Shown: positions 36,661-50,640 of the stretch, one piece after another
How positions within the stretch are numbered: the stretch's first letter is position 1
Layout of the letters: every line of letters starts with the position of its first letter
From: Octopus sinensis
Lineage: Eukaryota
DNA: 64,000 nucleotides
Direction of reading: 5' to 3'
Assembly: GCF_006345805.1 (NCBI RefSeq)
Contig: NC_043017.1
Span: 29,264,001-29,328,000 of the forward strand
Position numbers and translations under genes: made by a program
Notes under the pieces: generated by a model
What the model was told of the DNA's origin: nothing
What the model saw: the letters and a program-made list of their open reading frames with translations, nothing else
The model's database searches: none

Positions 36661-36793
36661 ATATCTATTTATCTATCTATCTATCTATCTAGATAGATAT
36701 AAAACGGTTACAATATAGGCTTTGGTACATTTCCTTTTTTATTTATCCTTTGTTGTATGAAGGAAGCTGTAACGTATCAAACTCCGAGTCACA

Positions 36794-36870
<77 letters not shown>

Positions 36871-36935
36871 GCAGGAATATATGTATATATTTTTGTGTGT
36901 GCGCGTTTCTATGTGTGTATATATATATGTGTGTG

Positions 36936-36968
<33 letters not shown>

Positions 36969-37654
36969 ATGTATATATATATATATACATACATATATGT
37001 ATCTGTCAACGTAGGTATAAAATATTTATATTCATATATTTGTGTGCGTGTGTGTGCGAATGTATGTGTGTGTGTATGTAAATGAGTGTGTGTATGTATG
37101 TGAATGAGTATGTGTGTGTGTGTGCATTTCAATATTTATTTTAGTCGAGTATATTTTCAGGAAACGACGTCGACGCATTTACACAGTTAAACAAAGATTT
37201 CTTAGCTGGGCAAAATGCCACAAACAAGCGAGTAAGAAGATTGTATGAAATTGTTAACTTCATACAATATAATTTATCAAATTTCTTTTGATGTCATGAT
37301 CTCTTTTGAAAATCACATCAAAAGAGGGAAAAATTAAAATTCCCAACAGATTCTTGACATTTCATGCATCAGATAATCCATTAAAAACAAAATAGATACA
37401 CACACACACATCCATACATACACGCATATATATATATATATGTGTGTGTGTGTGTATCTATATATGTGTGTGTGTGTGTGTGTATATATATGTGTGCGTG
37501 TGTGTGTATATATATGTGTGTGCGTGTGTATATATATATATATATGTGTGCGTGTGTGTATATATATATATGTGTGCGTGTGTGTATATATATTTGTGTG
37601 TGTGCATATATATATATGTGTGTGTGTATATATATGTGTGCGTGCATATATATA

Positions 37655-37735
<81 letters not shown>

Positions 37736-38120
37736 ATATATATACATATATGTATGTGTGTGTGTATATATATACATATATATATGTATGAGTGTGTGTA
37801 TATATGTACATATATATATGTATGTGTGTGTATATATATACATATATATATGTATGTGTGTGTGTATATATATACATATATATATGTATGTGTGTGTGTA
37901 CATATATATATGTATGTGTGTGTGTATATATATACATATATATATGTATGTGTGTGTGTATATATATACATATATATATGTATGTGTGTGTGTATATATA
38001 TACATATATATATGTATGTGTGTGTGTATATATATACATATATATATGTATGTTTGTGTGTGTGTGTATATATATATATATATGCATATCCGTAGATATA
38101 TATATATATATATACATGAA
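36400..38120. repeat. Microsatellite-rich block: (CA)n, (TCTG/TCTA)n, (TA)n(TG)n
   Basis: Direct inspection. A short unique island at 37130-37400 interrupts it. Confidence 0.9.
37161..37231 (+). CDS. Candidate 71-nt internal exon (unidentified)
   Basis: Acceptor TATATTTTCAG and donor GTAAGA, in a GC-richer island between microsatellites. Two frames are open: (G)NDVDAFTQLNKDFLAGQNATNKR and (R)KRRRRIYTVKQRFLSWAKCHKQA. Confidence 0.38.
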
Positions 38121-38629
38121 TTTATGTAGATTTTTAAAGTATATTATTTGCATTATATTACATATAATTATGGTAGAGCTAAAGACACAAAATCAGATAT
38201 CGCTAGCAGAGACTACATTTTATGTAGTCAAGCTGGAACCAGAGTTAGCCGAGTATCTAATGTTTGAAATAGTGTTTTTTTTTTTTTGTTTTGTTTGTTT
38301 TTTTCTAACCTGTAGCTCTGGTCAAAGATGTGTCAATAATAACCAAGATATTGAACGGGTGGAATTTTTGATTGGTTAGTACGAAAAACATATGGCAATA
38401 AGTGAAATTCTATGAATGTCTCTGGTGTTACTTTAGCACTTCAATCGGAAAAGACCAACTATCTCTGCCAACGTCATAACCTTTTGCATAAAGTTCATGG
38501 ATGTTTAGAAAGCTATATAATAATTGTATTTCGACTAGGAAGGGATCGGGGGTCGCCAACTAGGGAAATGTAGAAGTCTATGAATGTGAAAACCCTTTGT
38601 CATGCTCCCTTTTCCATGTAAAGATTCTC

Positions 38630-38890
38630 TTTTCTTTTACTTGTTTCAGTCATCATACTGCAGCCAAGCTGGGCCACCACTCTTGAAAACCGTTAGTCAA
38701 ATTAATTCACCTCAATACATATATGCTTTACAGCCTGATATTTATTCTATCGGTCCATAACTGGTAAGTTATGTGGAACGCAAGCACACCAGCAGCGGTT
38801 GTCACACTGACACACACAAACACGCAAGCAAACACACACACACACACAAGCGCGCGCGCATTCATATATACGACGAGCTTATTTCCCTTT
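38630..38890 (-). mobile_element. Degenerate SINE family B
   Basis: TTTTACTTGTTTCAGTCAT...CTATCGGTC...CACCAGCAGCGGTTGTCA. Confidence 0.7.
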
Positions 38891-38900
38891 CCGCATAACC

Positions 38901-38943
<43 letters not shown>

Positions 38944-39017
38944 AAATTTAAATCTTGGATACTTTTAAATATGCTAGGCCACTGGTTTTAATTGATTAAT
39001 ATCAATTTCTACCCTTA

Positions 39018-39059
<42 letters not shown>

Positions 39060-39429
39060 TATATATATATTATGTTGTTGTTTGTTTTGTCTCATTTGGT
39101 CTAAAGTCGTATGACAACCATCGTTATATATATTTTGTTTATTCATTACTGTTTTCAATTTCGTTTTCGTCTCTTGTATTTACATCCGTCTTGTGCGTTC
39201 ACATTCCTGTCTTCTACCAAGAAATCTAATGCTTACAGCTTAGTTTTTTCTTGGGGCTGGCCGAGTGGAGCAAATATCAGAATTGAACAGCCGAAATTTG
39301 CTATGATGATTCGGTGTCTGACTGAAGATTGAAGGCTTCGAATGATTTGTCTGTGTTCCGTGTTCGTCCCTTCCTGTATTTCACGTTCATTATATATAAA
39401 AACATTCATTCTTATATATATATATATAT

Positions 39430-39600
39430 ATATACATATACACGACGGGCTTCTTTCGGTTTCCGTGTACCAAACCCACTCACAAAATTTTGGATGGCGT
39501 GTGGCTATAGTAGAAGACACTTGCCCCAGGTGCGATGAAGTGGGACTGAACCCAGCGCAAAGTGGTTGGAAAGCAAAATTCTTACAATACAGCTATGCCC
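39430..39600 (-). mobile_element. SINE family B, head fragment
   Basis: CGACGGGCTTCTTTCGGTTTCCGT...GACACTTGCCCCAGGTGCG...GGGACTGAACCC. Confidence 0.8.
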
Positions 39601-39759
39601 TGGGCTATATGTATGCAATTATATACTCTATTGCAATATTTTCATTCAATAATAGGACTTTATATCCCGTTGGTGGCGTATGTAGTCAGCGTATGACCGT
39701 ATGGCAAAGTGTGGCTACTGGCCTTGTGTATATGGGTGGGACAACGCATTTGCTTGTAT

Positions 39760-40106
39760 ACAGCCGGGTATGTATGCATGTTTGCATGTATGTGTGCTTG
39801 CATGCATGTATGTATGTATGTATGTTTGTATGTGTGCATGTCTGCATATATATATATGTATGTATGTGTTTATATATATATATATACATATATATATGTA
39901 TGTATGTGTTTATATATATATTAATTATATATAATATATGTATGTATGTGTTTATATATATTATATAATTATATATGTAATGGTATGTGTTTATATATAT
40001 ATATATATATAATTACTAATATGTATGTATGTGTTTTATATATATATATTATATTATATGTATGTATGTGTTTATATATATATATATAATATATATATAT
40101 GTATGT

Positions 40107-40155
<49 letters not shown>

Positions 40156-40158
40156 GTT

Positions 40159-40191
<33 letters not shown>

Positions 40192-40255
40192 TATGGTATG
40201 TATGTGTTTATATATATATATATTAAATATATCTATATATATATGTATGTATGTG

Positions 40256-40301
<46 letters not shown>

Positions 40302-40361
40302 TTATGTATGTATGTGTTTATATATTATATATATATATTATATATATATGTATGTATTATG

Positions 40362-40453
<92 letters not shown>

Positions 40454-40497
40454 GTTATATATATATATAATTATATATATATGTATGTATGTGTTTA

Positions 40498-40580
<83 letters not shown>

Positions 40581-40735
40581 GTTTATATATATATATTATG
40601 ATATATATATATATATGTATGTTGTTTTTATATATTATATATATATAATATATATGGTTGTAGTGTTTTATATATATATATCTATATATATATATAATGT
40701 ATGTATGTGTTTTATATATATATATATATTTTATG

Positions 40736-40816
<81 letters not shown>

Positions 40817-40981
40817 TTTTATATATATATATATCTATTATATATATATGTAGGTATGTGTTATATATATATATATATATAATATATGTATGTGTTTATA
40901 TATAGATATATATAGTATATATATGTATGTATGTGTTTATATATATATATATATATATATATATTATGTATGTATGTGTTT

Positions 40982-41016
<35 letters not shown>

Positions 41017-41061
41017 GTTTATATATATATATATATATATATTATATATGTAGTATGTGTT

Positions 41062-41093
<32 letters not shown>

Positions 41094-41103
41094 GTATGTA
41101 ATG

Positions 41104-41139
<36 letters not shown>

Positions 41140-41179
41140 TATGTATGTGTTTATATATATATATATATGTATGTATGTG

Positions 41180-41218
<39 letters not shown>

Positions 41219-41320
41219 GTATTTGGGTTTATATATATATATATATGTATATGTATATGTGTTTATATATAGGTACTCACACACACACACATATATATAC
41301 GAGTGTGTGTGTGTGCGTGT
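39760..41320. repeat. About 1.5-kb compound microsatellite: (TA)n blocks separated by GTATGTATGTGTTT
   Basis: Direct inspection. The block lengths are irregular. Confidence 0.95.
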
Positions 41321-42377
41321 CTTTTTTTTTAGATACTTGACTGCGGCCTTCAATGGCCACTTTTCTGAACTAAGAAGAAAACATGAACGCCAGCATATAT
41401 TTTGCCTCAGTACATAATCTCTGCATTCTGTTCGTTGATCGGCAACTTCCTGAGCATAAAGAAGACCAGCATAAATACCAGCGGTTTTAAAGGTCAGCTT
41501 AATGATAAAAGCACACGTATGTACAAGAAACCAGAGAAGCAACTAAAATAACAGCTTTTCTAGTTTAATGCCTACAAAGCCGTGACACAAAAATTGGAAA
41601 TAGAGATGGGGGAAGCTTTTGTAGTATTAGACATACATGAGAGAGATGATACAGATGGCAGTGATAAATGTAAATAAAATCAATAGAAATAAAAGTCCAT
41701 TTATTAGAAATCGTCGGTTTCAAAGCTCGAAAACGAGTGATGAGTCCTATTATGAAAAATTCTGGCATGTTGTGAAGGAAATACAAAGCTAGAACAAAAA
41801 ATTGCTAACGGTCGAGAGGTCATTTGAAAATAGGTTCTGTCTAAAGAGTTCTAACATGTGGTCGAAGCAAAAAACAAAACGAATCGAAGCCTAGCTGAAA
41901 ATTACAATTGCTACATGGTGACTTCCAGCACAATATTAGTCACAACATTTTCTGCTCGGTCTAAAAAAAGGGAGATGAAGTGTAAAAAGTATATTGAAAT
42001 CACATAGAAAGATGGTGACATAAAAATAAAATTAGTATGATTCAATAATGGAAACGTCACTTTAAAGCTAGCGCTAAAATCCTCCGAAAATTCAGAAGTA
42101 ACCCCCCCCAAAAATGCGTACCTTACGGAGACTTAAGAAATAATAAATTCTGTATAGTCTATAAATGAATGCTAATTCCTGAAGACCAATGCTGTCGCAG
42201 TCAAATTGATGTAGAAAAAGTACATGCTTTTAGTATACACACACACACAAACACACACATATATAAATATACATATATATAGATAGATAGATATTGTATG
42301 TATATGTATATATATGTAAATATATATATATGTATGTATATGTATATATATGTAAATATATATATATGTATGTATAT

Positions 42378-42477
42378 NNNNNNNNNNNNNNNNNNNNNNN
42401 NNNNNNNNNNNNNNNNNNNNNNNNNNNNNNNNNNNNNNNNNNNNNNNNNNNNNNNNNNNNNNNNNNNNNNNNNNNNN
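42378..42477. other. Assembly gap (100 N)
   Basis: A run of 100 N following a (TA)n-rich array. Confidence 1.
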
Positions 42478-42647
42478 GCGAGAATGTATTTGTAATTTCT
42501 GTCGTCAATAAAGTTTCAAAACCCAACAGCAAAACGTTCTCCATCTGACAAAAAACAAACAGAATGCTCGCTTTCCGTCTATTCTTTTTTCTCATTCCTC
42601 TCCTCATTCGTATCTTCTCTGTGTGTATATGTATACATTACTAGATA

Positions 42648-42681
<34 letters not shown>

Positions 42682-43126
42682 CCCGATGAGTTGATTTGAG
42701 AGTGTGGTCTGTCTGTGTGTGTGTGCGTGTGTGTGTTTCGTTGCTCGTGTGTATGGATGGGTACGACGAAGTGCAGATACGTTATATACGTACACACACA
42801 AAGGCACAAACACACATATACAAATATGTATATATATATATATGTGTGTATATGTATGTGTATATATATATATAATATATATATATATACATACATATAA
42901 ACACACACTCAGCAATATATATATATATACATACACACACATACATACGTACGTACATCTATATATATATATATATATAATATGCACATATATTCACATA
43001 CATACATCTATATATATATATATATATATATTAATATACTTAAATATATATATTGTGTGTATGTTTGTATGTAATATATATATTACACACACACTCAGAA
43101 ACTATACATATATACACATAAATACA

Positions 43127-43168
<42 letters not shown>

Positions 43169-43267
43169 TATATTATATATACTTATATATATATATCTAT
43201 ATGTGTGTGTGGTGTATGTATGTATGTATGTATTATATATATATAATATATATATATATTAATATAT

Positions 43268-43977
43268 ATGTATTGCAGGTGAGATATTAGAAATCTTATT
43301 TCCATCCAATCCTAGCTAATGGCAATACTTTAAGTGTTATCCCCTCCGCCCCGTTCAAGATTGGATTCAATAATCATTCTTGTTGAGATATAAAAGACGA
43401 AAATGTTTATAGTGTAATCATAAATTTCTTACACTATATTAACGCATTCATACATCCAAGCGCATGCGTACTTTTTGCAGATAAATGTATGTCTGAATGT
43501 ATGTTCGTAAAAGCATGTGTGGCTGCATGTATGTACGAAGAATATAAAGTGTTTGTGTGAGTGTGTATGTTTGTGTATAATTATGTATTTGTCTCTGTAT
43601 CTATATACTTACTTTCTATTTTTAAATATATTTATATTTATACATACACACGGGCGTATAAATATGTATGTATGTATGTATACTACATACGTACATAGAT
43701 ATTACTGGGTGCACATGCGTAAGAAATGGGAAAATACAAAGGAGAGGGAACACTTGACATGTTGATATGCATATAAATATATATATGGTTGTATATATTT
43801 TATATATATATGTATATATGTTTGTATGTATATATGTTTTATGTATATATGTATGTATATGTTGTATGTATATATGTTGTATGTATATATATATGTATGT
43901 GTATTATATATTTATGATTGTATGTATATATATATAGTATGTATATATATATATATATATGTGTGTGTGTTTGTATG

Positions 43978-44019
<42 letters not shown>

Positions 44020-44545
44020 GTATTGCAGGTGAGATATTAGAAATCTTATTTCCCATCCAATCCTAGCTAATGGCAATACTTTAAGTGTTATCCCCTCCGC
44101 CCCGTTCCAAGATTGGATTCTAAATAATCATTCTTGTTTGAGATATAAAAGACGAAAATGTTTATTAGTGTAATCATAAATTTCTTACACTATATTAACG
44201 CATTCATACATCCAAGCGCATGCGTACTTTTTGCAGATAAATGTATGTCTGAATGTATGTTCGTAAGCATGTGTGGCTGCATGTATGTACGAAGAATATA
44301 AAGTGTTTGTGTGAGTGAGTGTGTATGTTTGTGTATAATTATGTTTTGTCTCTGTATATCTATACTTACTTTCTATTTTAAATATATTTATATTTATACA
44401 TACACACGGGCGTATAAATATGTATGTATGTATGTATACTTACATACGTACATAGATATTACTGGGTGCACATGCACGTAGAAATGGGAAAATACAAAGG
44501 AGAGGGAACACTTGACATGTTGATATGCATATAAATATATATATG
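43268..44545 (+). repeat. Near-identical tandem duplication, period about 750 bp (probable assembly artefact)
   Basis: 43268-43790 is repeated at 44018-44545. The differences are mainly single-base indels. Confidence 0.85.
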
Positions 44546-44890
44546 GGTGTATATATATTTATATATATATGTATATATGTTTGTATGTATATATGTTTGT
44601 ATGTATATATGTATGTATGTTTGTATGTATATATGTTTGTATGTATATATATATGTATGTGTATATATATATTTATGATTGTATGTATATATTATATATG
44701 TATGTATATATATATATATATATGTGTGTGGTTTGTATGTATGTTATATATGTATATATATATATATATATATTGCTTGTATGTATATATATTTGTTTGT
44801 ATGTATATATATATGCTTGTATATGTATATATATATATGCTTGTATATATATATATATTATGATTTGTATGTATATATATTGTTTGTATG

Positions 44891-44921
<31 letters not shown>

Positions 44922-45744
44922 GTGTGTGTGTTTATGTATATATATGTATATATATATATATATAGAGATATATATATGTATGATATGTAGAGATCTGTTA
45001 AATAATCATTTCCAACTTTCACATTTCGACAGGTGATTATTAAAATTATTCTAAAAGTTGAATTTCTGATCAGATGTTGAATATCTCCTTAACAATCCAA
45101 CTTTTGCTAATAGCTATACATGAAGAATATTTTCCCTTTGTTTCCAATTGTTAAAATAACTAATAATTTTCGTTTGAGATTTTAAATGACGAAATGGTTT
45201 ATAAGCGTGATTATATTATCCGTTGTAATTCAGACTTCTCTGTTATACTTCGTAGTTCCCATGCATCAATTCTGTTCATTAATCTTCTTTATTGATGGAT
45301 ATCTTTGTCATGCATGACATATTGTTGCCTTATTTTTCTGTGATGGATATTATCTTATGCTTTGCCTTAAAACCTTTCGTTAGCATTAGAAGAGGTTTTG
45401 TGTGGGAAATTATGGAAGATATGTTTGTTTGTAACCTGTGAAGTGTGCTGAAAATTGAATTTGAAAACGAATTGTCAAAGTGTGTCTTAACGTCTCTGAA
45501 TTTATGCGGCGAAGCCTGACTCATGATAGATTAACGTCATATGAGTGTACACACACACGCACACACAGGGACGCCTAATACGGATCCCAATATTCAGCTC
45601 TGAAATTGGAACCTAACGGATGACCAGTTATAGAACTTTGCATACCGATTCGTTTAGGTAATCAGTAAACTAATCCCTTCATATTCTCTCTCTCACTCTC
45701 TCTATTTATCTATCTATCTCTCATATATATATATATATATATAT

Positions 45745-45964
45745 ATTTCTTTACTGCCCACAAGGGGCTAAACATAGAGGGGAGAAACAAGGACAGACAA
45801 AGGGATTAAGTCGATTATATCATCCCCAGTGCGTAACTGTTACTTTATTTATCGACCCGAAAGGATGAAAGGTAAAGTCGACCGCGGCGGAATTTGAAAT
45901 CAGAACGTAACGACAGACGAAATACCGCTAAGCATTTCGCCCGGCGCGTTAACGTTTCTGCCAG

Positions 45965-45966
<2 letters not shown>
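45745..45966 (-). mobile_element. SINE family C monomer
   Basis: Head and Meta-like core on the minus strand, embedded in (TA)n. Confidence 0.92.
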
Positions 45967-46002
<36 letters not shown>

Positions 46003-46764
46003 GGAATTTACAAATCAAAAAGCAAATGACAAAGACAGGTGTGTAAATAAGAAACAGGTGTATTAATTTAACGTTGGGGAAGGTGTGAAAGTCTTTCACA
46101 AAGGTTTGGTGATGCCAATAGGAAAATAGAACTAAAAATATGAGAATAAATATGTCCTCTTACTAATCTGCAGACGTAACTGGGTGACTCCGGCTTTATA
46201 AAACGCATTTATAAAATATGATATAATACAAACTTATATATGTGTGTATGCTTGTATGTGTGTGCGTAAGTATATACTCAATCGATTTACTGTGTTCAGG
46301 TTTCGTTCCAAATGTAAATAGATTTCTGAACATACAACTTCATATTCTTTCGAAGGCGAAATTTATTCGAGATTTAAACAACAATTACGAAAATCGATTA
46401 TGTGTACATTAAATCGCGAATCGATGGTGGATCTTACGTTGTATAACTGAGAAAAAGAAATAATAGAGAAAAAATTCAGCCTACATATTTTTCAATCGAA
46501 AACCTCTATCTAACCTCTTACGAACCATAAGAATCTGTTGTAATTTTTTTCTTTCGTAAGAATAAACGTATAAAAAGCAAGATTTATTTAGTATTTTCCC
46601 CCCATGAAAGCCAACCACAGATTTCTTGGTTGCCTCGCTCGGTTTATGTTCTCCAAATATTTTTCTGCCTGTTCTTTTATCATAATTTCGATATGGCATT
46701 TATAGCAAAGTAGGCAGTAAAAAAATTCCCTACGAAATTCGGACTGAAAATATATGAGGTGTAT

Positions 46765-46925
46765 ATAACGTGAGGTGGTGTGGTAAGGAATTTGCTTCCT
46801 AACCACACACCTCCTGATTCAGTCCAACTGCGTACAACCATAGGCGACTGGACTCTGCTATAACCCAGTAACACCGTCCAAGTATTGTGAGTGAATTTAT
46901 AAGACGTAAACTGAAAGAAGTTTGT
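46765..46925 (+). mobile_element. Degenerate SINE family B head
   Basis: GGTGTGGTAAGGAATTTGCTTCCTAACCAC...GTGAGTGAATTT...GTAAACTGAAAGAAG. Confidence 0.7.
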
Positions 46926-47184
46926 TTATATCTATCTATCTATCTATCTATCTATCGATCCCTATTGATCGTTCCTTTTTTTTCTCCTCTTCCCCTTTTT
47001 CTTCTTTTTTCATTTCTCTTTTCTTTTGTTCCTTTCCCTTTCTTTTTTTTTTTTTCTTTTATTCTTTTTATTTTTTATTCTATTTTTTTTTACGCCACCC
47101 CCTTTTTTTCATCCCCCAAAAGAAAAGCTCTGCCTTGTAACTTGTCCCATCTGTGTGCAGCCCTGTGTGGCCAATAAAGAAACT

Positions 47185-47259
<75 letters not shown>

Positions 47260-47435
47260 GGGAGAGTTTACGAAAAAAACAAAAGAAGACATGTGGTGTA
47301 CAAAACAAACAGATGTATTAGTATAGCGCTCAGGAATAGAAAAAGTCTTTTACGTTTCGAGCCTACGCTCTTCTACAGAAAGAGACACAGAAAAAACAAG
47401 GAGAGAAAAAAATGCATGTAGTGGCTAACGATCTA
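47260..47435 (-). mobile_element. Family E: about 200-bp Penelope-like non-autonomous repeat
   Basis: Reverse-complement homologue of 54130-54330, including GAAGAGCGTAGGCTCGAAACGT. Confidence 0.7.
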
Positions 47436-47793
47436 TCATGGCGACTGCCAGACAGAAGGATCACAAAAGCTTATGACGATCACCGTGCAATGACTTATGA
47501 AAATAGTCTAATAAAGGGGAATATAAGTCCCCGACAGATAAAAAAGGAAAGGCCTTCCTATCCGTTAAATATATATATTTAACGGAGGCCTCGAAAGACA
47601 TTTTAAGATCCACAAATATCAAGTCTTAACTACAGTTCTTGGTGGTCTAAAGCAGATATGCATTTTATGTGGGTATCTTTTCAAAACAATGAGTGCTTTA
47701 AAAATCACATCAGACGCCATGATAGATCTAAAGTGTAAGTACAAGCGGTGGTCAAACTCTGTATAAGGAGTAGACAACCACCATATATATATA

Positions 47794-47958
47794 GTGGCTG
47801 TGTGGTAAGTAGCTTGCTTACCAACCACATGGTTCCGGGTTCAGTCCCACTGCGTGGCATCTTGGGCAAGTGTCTTCTACTATAGCCTCGGGCCGACCAA
47901 AGCCTTGTGAGTGGATTTGGTAGACGGAAACTGAAAGAAGCCTGTCGTATATATGTAT

Positions 47959-48009
<51 letters not shown>

Positions 48010-48217
48010 CTGTGTTTGTTCCCCTAGCATTGCTTGACAACCGATGCTGGTGTGTTTACGTCCCCGTCACTTAGCGGTTCGGCAAAAAGAGACCGATAGA
48101 ATAAGAACTGGGCTTACAAAAACAAAAAAAAAGTCCCGGGGTCGAGTTGCTCGATTAAAGGCGGTGCTCCAGCATGGCCGCAGTCAAATGACTGAAACAA
48201 GTAAAAGAGTAAAAGAG
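47794..48217 (+). mobile_element. SINE family B, full length
   Basis: Complete head, CORE-like segment, microsatellite and tail. Confidence 0.93.
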
Positions 48218-48278
48218 TATATATGTATATATATATATATATATATACATACATGCATACGTATGTATGTATGTATGT

Positions 48279-48318
<40 letters not shown>

Positions 48319-48699
48319 ATGTATGCCTTTATATATATATTTGTCTGCAATACCTCAGTATGAAAATTTGTTTTGTTCACCTTATTGTAACTAAGCGGTT
48401 CGGCAAAGAGTTACCGATAGAATAAGTACCTGGCCTAAAATCAAAATGCACTGTTTTCGCTCAAGTTAACTAAGTACTTAAGAGTGGCGTCCTAGCATGG
48501 CCGCGGTCCAATGAGTGAAAGAATTAAAGGACGTAAACACACCAGCATCGGTTGTCAAGCGATGTTGCTGGGAGGACAAACAGACACAAATACACACACA
48601 TAAGGCAATCCGAAACTTAACCCACTTTTCGAATTTGTTTTTTTGTGGATTGCAAGAAAAGAAAAATGAAGATGGAAAGTTGATTGAAATTGAACGGAA

Positions 48700-49150
48700 T
48701 GCGTAAATATGATTTGTAACACACACTTCGTATATAAGTTGCAATCATCTGCTCGTTCGTTCGCCCGTTACACATTAGTTTGCGATGTGGAGGTGGAGTG
48801 GATAAGAGATGCAGTAAGTGTGATGGATAGGAGGAGGAGTGAAGAAAGAAGAGAGGGGAAAAAGTAGAGAAAAGTGGTTGATATTAATTTTCTGCTTGTT
48901 CTTTGGCCGAATGATCACGTGGTCAGCTGAAGGTAGAGGCGGAGAACGAGAGGAAAAGACGAAGGGAGACAACGAGGGAGAGAGAGAAGTGTTAACGACA
49001 TGTCATCGAATGGGAATGAATACTTATCACGTGATTAAAAAGTTAGCTGAGGGGAAAGGTAGAGAGAGAGAGGGAGAAAGAGAGAAAGATGGACAAGCGA
49101 GGTAGCCATTTAGAGAGACAGAGAGGGGAGATAACAGTGGTGGTGGTGGT
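48700..49150. promoter_or_regulatory. Candidate regulatory module with two palindromic CACGTG E-boxes
   Basis: TGATCACGTGGTCA (48913-48926), an overlapping CAGCTG (48924-48929) and ATCACGTGAT (49026-49035) lie in unique, strongly purine-skewed DNA. Confidence 0.3.
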
Positions 49151-49209
49151 GTGTTGATAATGAAAAGAATTTTTTTCCTTTATTGAACTAATTTTTTATA
49201 GGAACAATA

Positions 49210-49612
49210 ACTCTTTTACTCTTTTACTTGTTTCAGTCATTTGACTGCGGCCATGCTGGAGCACTGCCTTTAGTCGAGCAAATCGACCCCAGGACTTATT
49301 CTTTGTAAGCCCAGTACTTATTCTACCGGTCTCTTTTGCCGAACCGCTCAGATACAGGGACGTAAACACACCAGCATCGGTTGTCAAGCGATGTTGGTGG
49401 GGGGACAAACAGACACAAATACACACAGATACATATATATATATATAAGTTTATACGACGAGCGTATTACAGTTTCCGTCTACCAAATCCACTCCCAAGG
49501 CTTTGGTCGGCCCGAGGCTATAGTAGAAGACACTTGCCCAAGGTGCCATGTAGTGGGACTGAACCCAGAACCATATGGTTGGTAATCAAGCTGCTTACCA
49601 CACTGCCACTCC
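49210..49612 (-). mobile_element. SINE family B, full length (a degenerate head follows at 49695-49840)
   Basis: Tail, body and head are on the minus strand. Confidence 0.92.
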
Positions 49613-50329
49613 TGTGCCAATATTTTTCTTTTTCAAGAGCAATTGTTTTTCTCACTATTTTACGGCGATAAACTCCACATTGACCTTATTTTCTGATAAA
49701 TCCACTCACAAGGCAGGCTTTGTTTGGCCCGTAGCTCTAGCTGAAGACACTCGGCCAAGGTGTCAGGTGGGAAGACTGATCCTTGAACCTTGTAGCTAAG
49801 GAACAAACTGCTTACCACACAGCCAACCTTGCGCCTGTATCAACTAATAAAAAAAAATTACAACACATTTGTCTGTTTCCCGTGAAAGAAATATTTGTTG
49901 ATAATTTGTTGACAGGGGAAATATTTTATATCATATTCACATGTCATAAAATATGTAGACAGATAGATACGTATGGACGTTATTAAATCAGAACAACAGT
50001 CCAGAGAATGTCATGTAATAAAACTACATAAGAAAAATGAAGGAAAAACACGAAAGAAAAACCAAAATGATATCGCAAATCATACAAATAAAAATATTCA
50101 GAGTTAACCTAAAATAATTGAAGAGAAAGTATTACTGTGTTTTCTCTAAGATCACAATATTACATTTAGCACACACTAGCAGAACCACTCAATATCGATG
50201 TCAGAAAATTCTTGATCCTTCTTCACGTATTGATTTCTACTTAGCGAACACTCTTGAAATGAATAATGTGGGTGGTGGTGGGAGGGACGGCTTGAGAAAG
50301 TAACGAAAGTAACAAGAAACGAAAGGGTA

Positions 50330-50640
50330 GGAGGGTGGAAAGCGGAGAAAGAGGAGGATGAAAAGTAAAAGATGATGATAAGGAGGAGAAGGGGAAGAAG
50401 AAGAAGAAGCTGGTGGCTAAAAGGAACCCCCGTCGATGATGATAATGATGATGATAATGAAGATGAGTATAAGGCGGAGGAGGAGCGGTGATGGTGGCAA
50501 CAACAACGACGGAGATGAGGAAAATTACGGCGACGATGAAGGCGATTATGATGGGGACGGTGACGATGACAACAACGAAATGATGATGGTGATGATGATG
50601 ATGAGGATGATCACGACGATGATGATGATAATGACTCTGA
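50330..50640. repeat. Degenerate (GAA)n / (GAT)n triplet repeat
   Basis: Direct inspection. It yields M/D/N-rich or I/S-rich spurious ORFs. Confidence 0.85.

Noticed and set aside
37334-38379. Overlapping 195-231-aa ORFs rich in Y, I, C, V, H and T (also at 20.8, 29.0, 40.0, 42.7, 44.5 and 51.2 kb)
   Set aside because: (TA)n(TG)n microsatellites are often stop-poor in several frames. There is no protein-like composition.
41330-41545. Frame with three in-frame TGA codons on the minus strand suggesting a NUMT read with the mitochondrial code; also short ORFs on both strands
   Set aside because: No recognisable ND, COX or CYTB motif. The competing frames on both strands are equally plausible, so no call was made.
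48745-48775. GTTCGTTCG resembling miR-375
   Set aside because: Only the seed region matches, and no precursor hairpin is evident.
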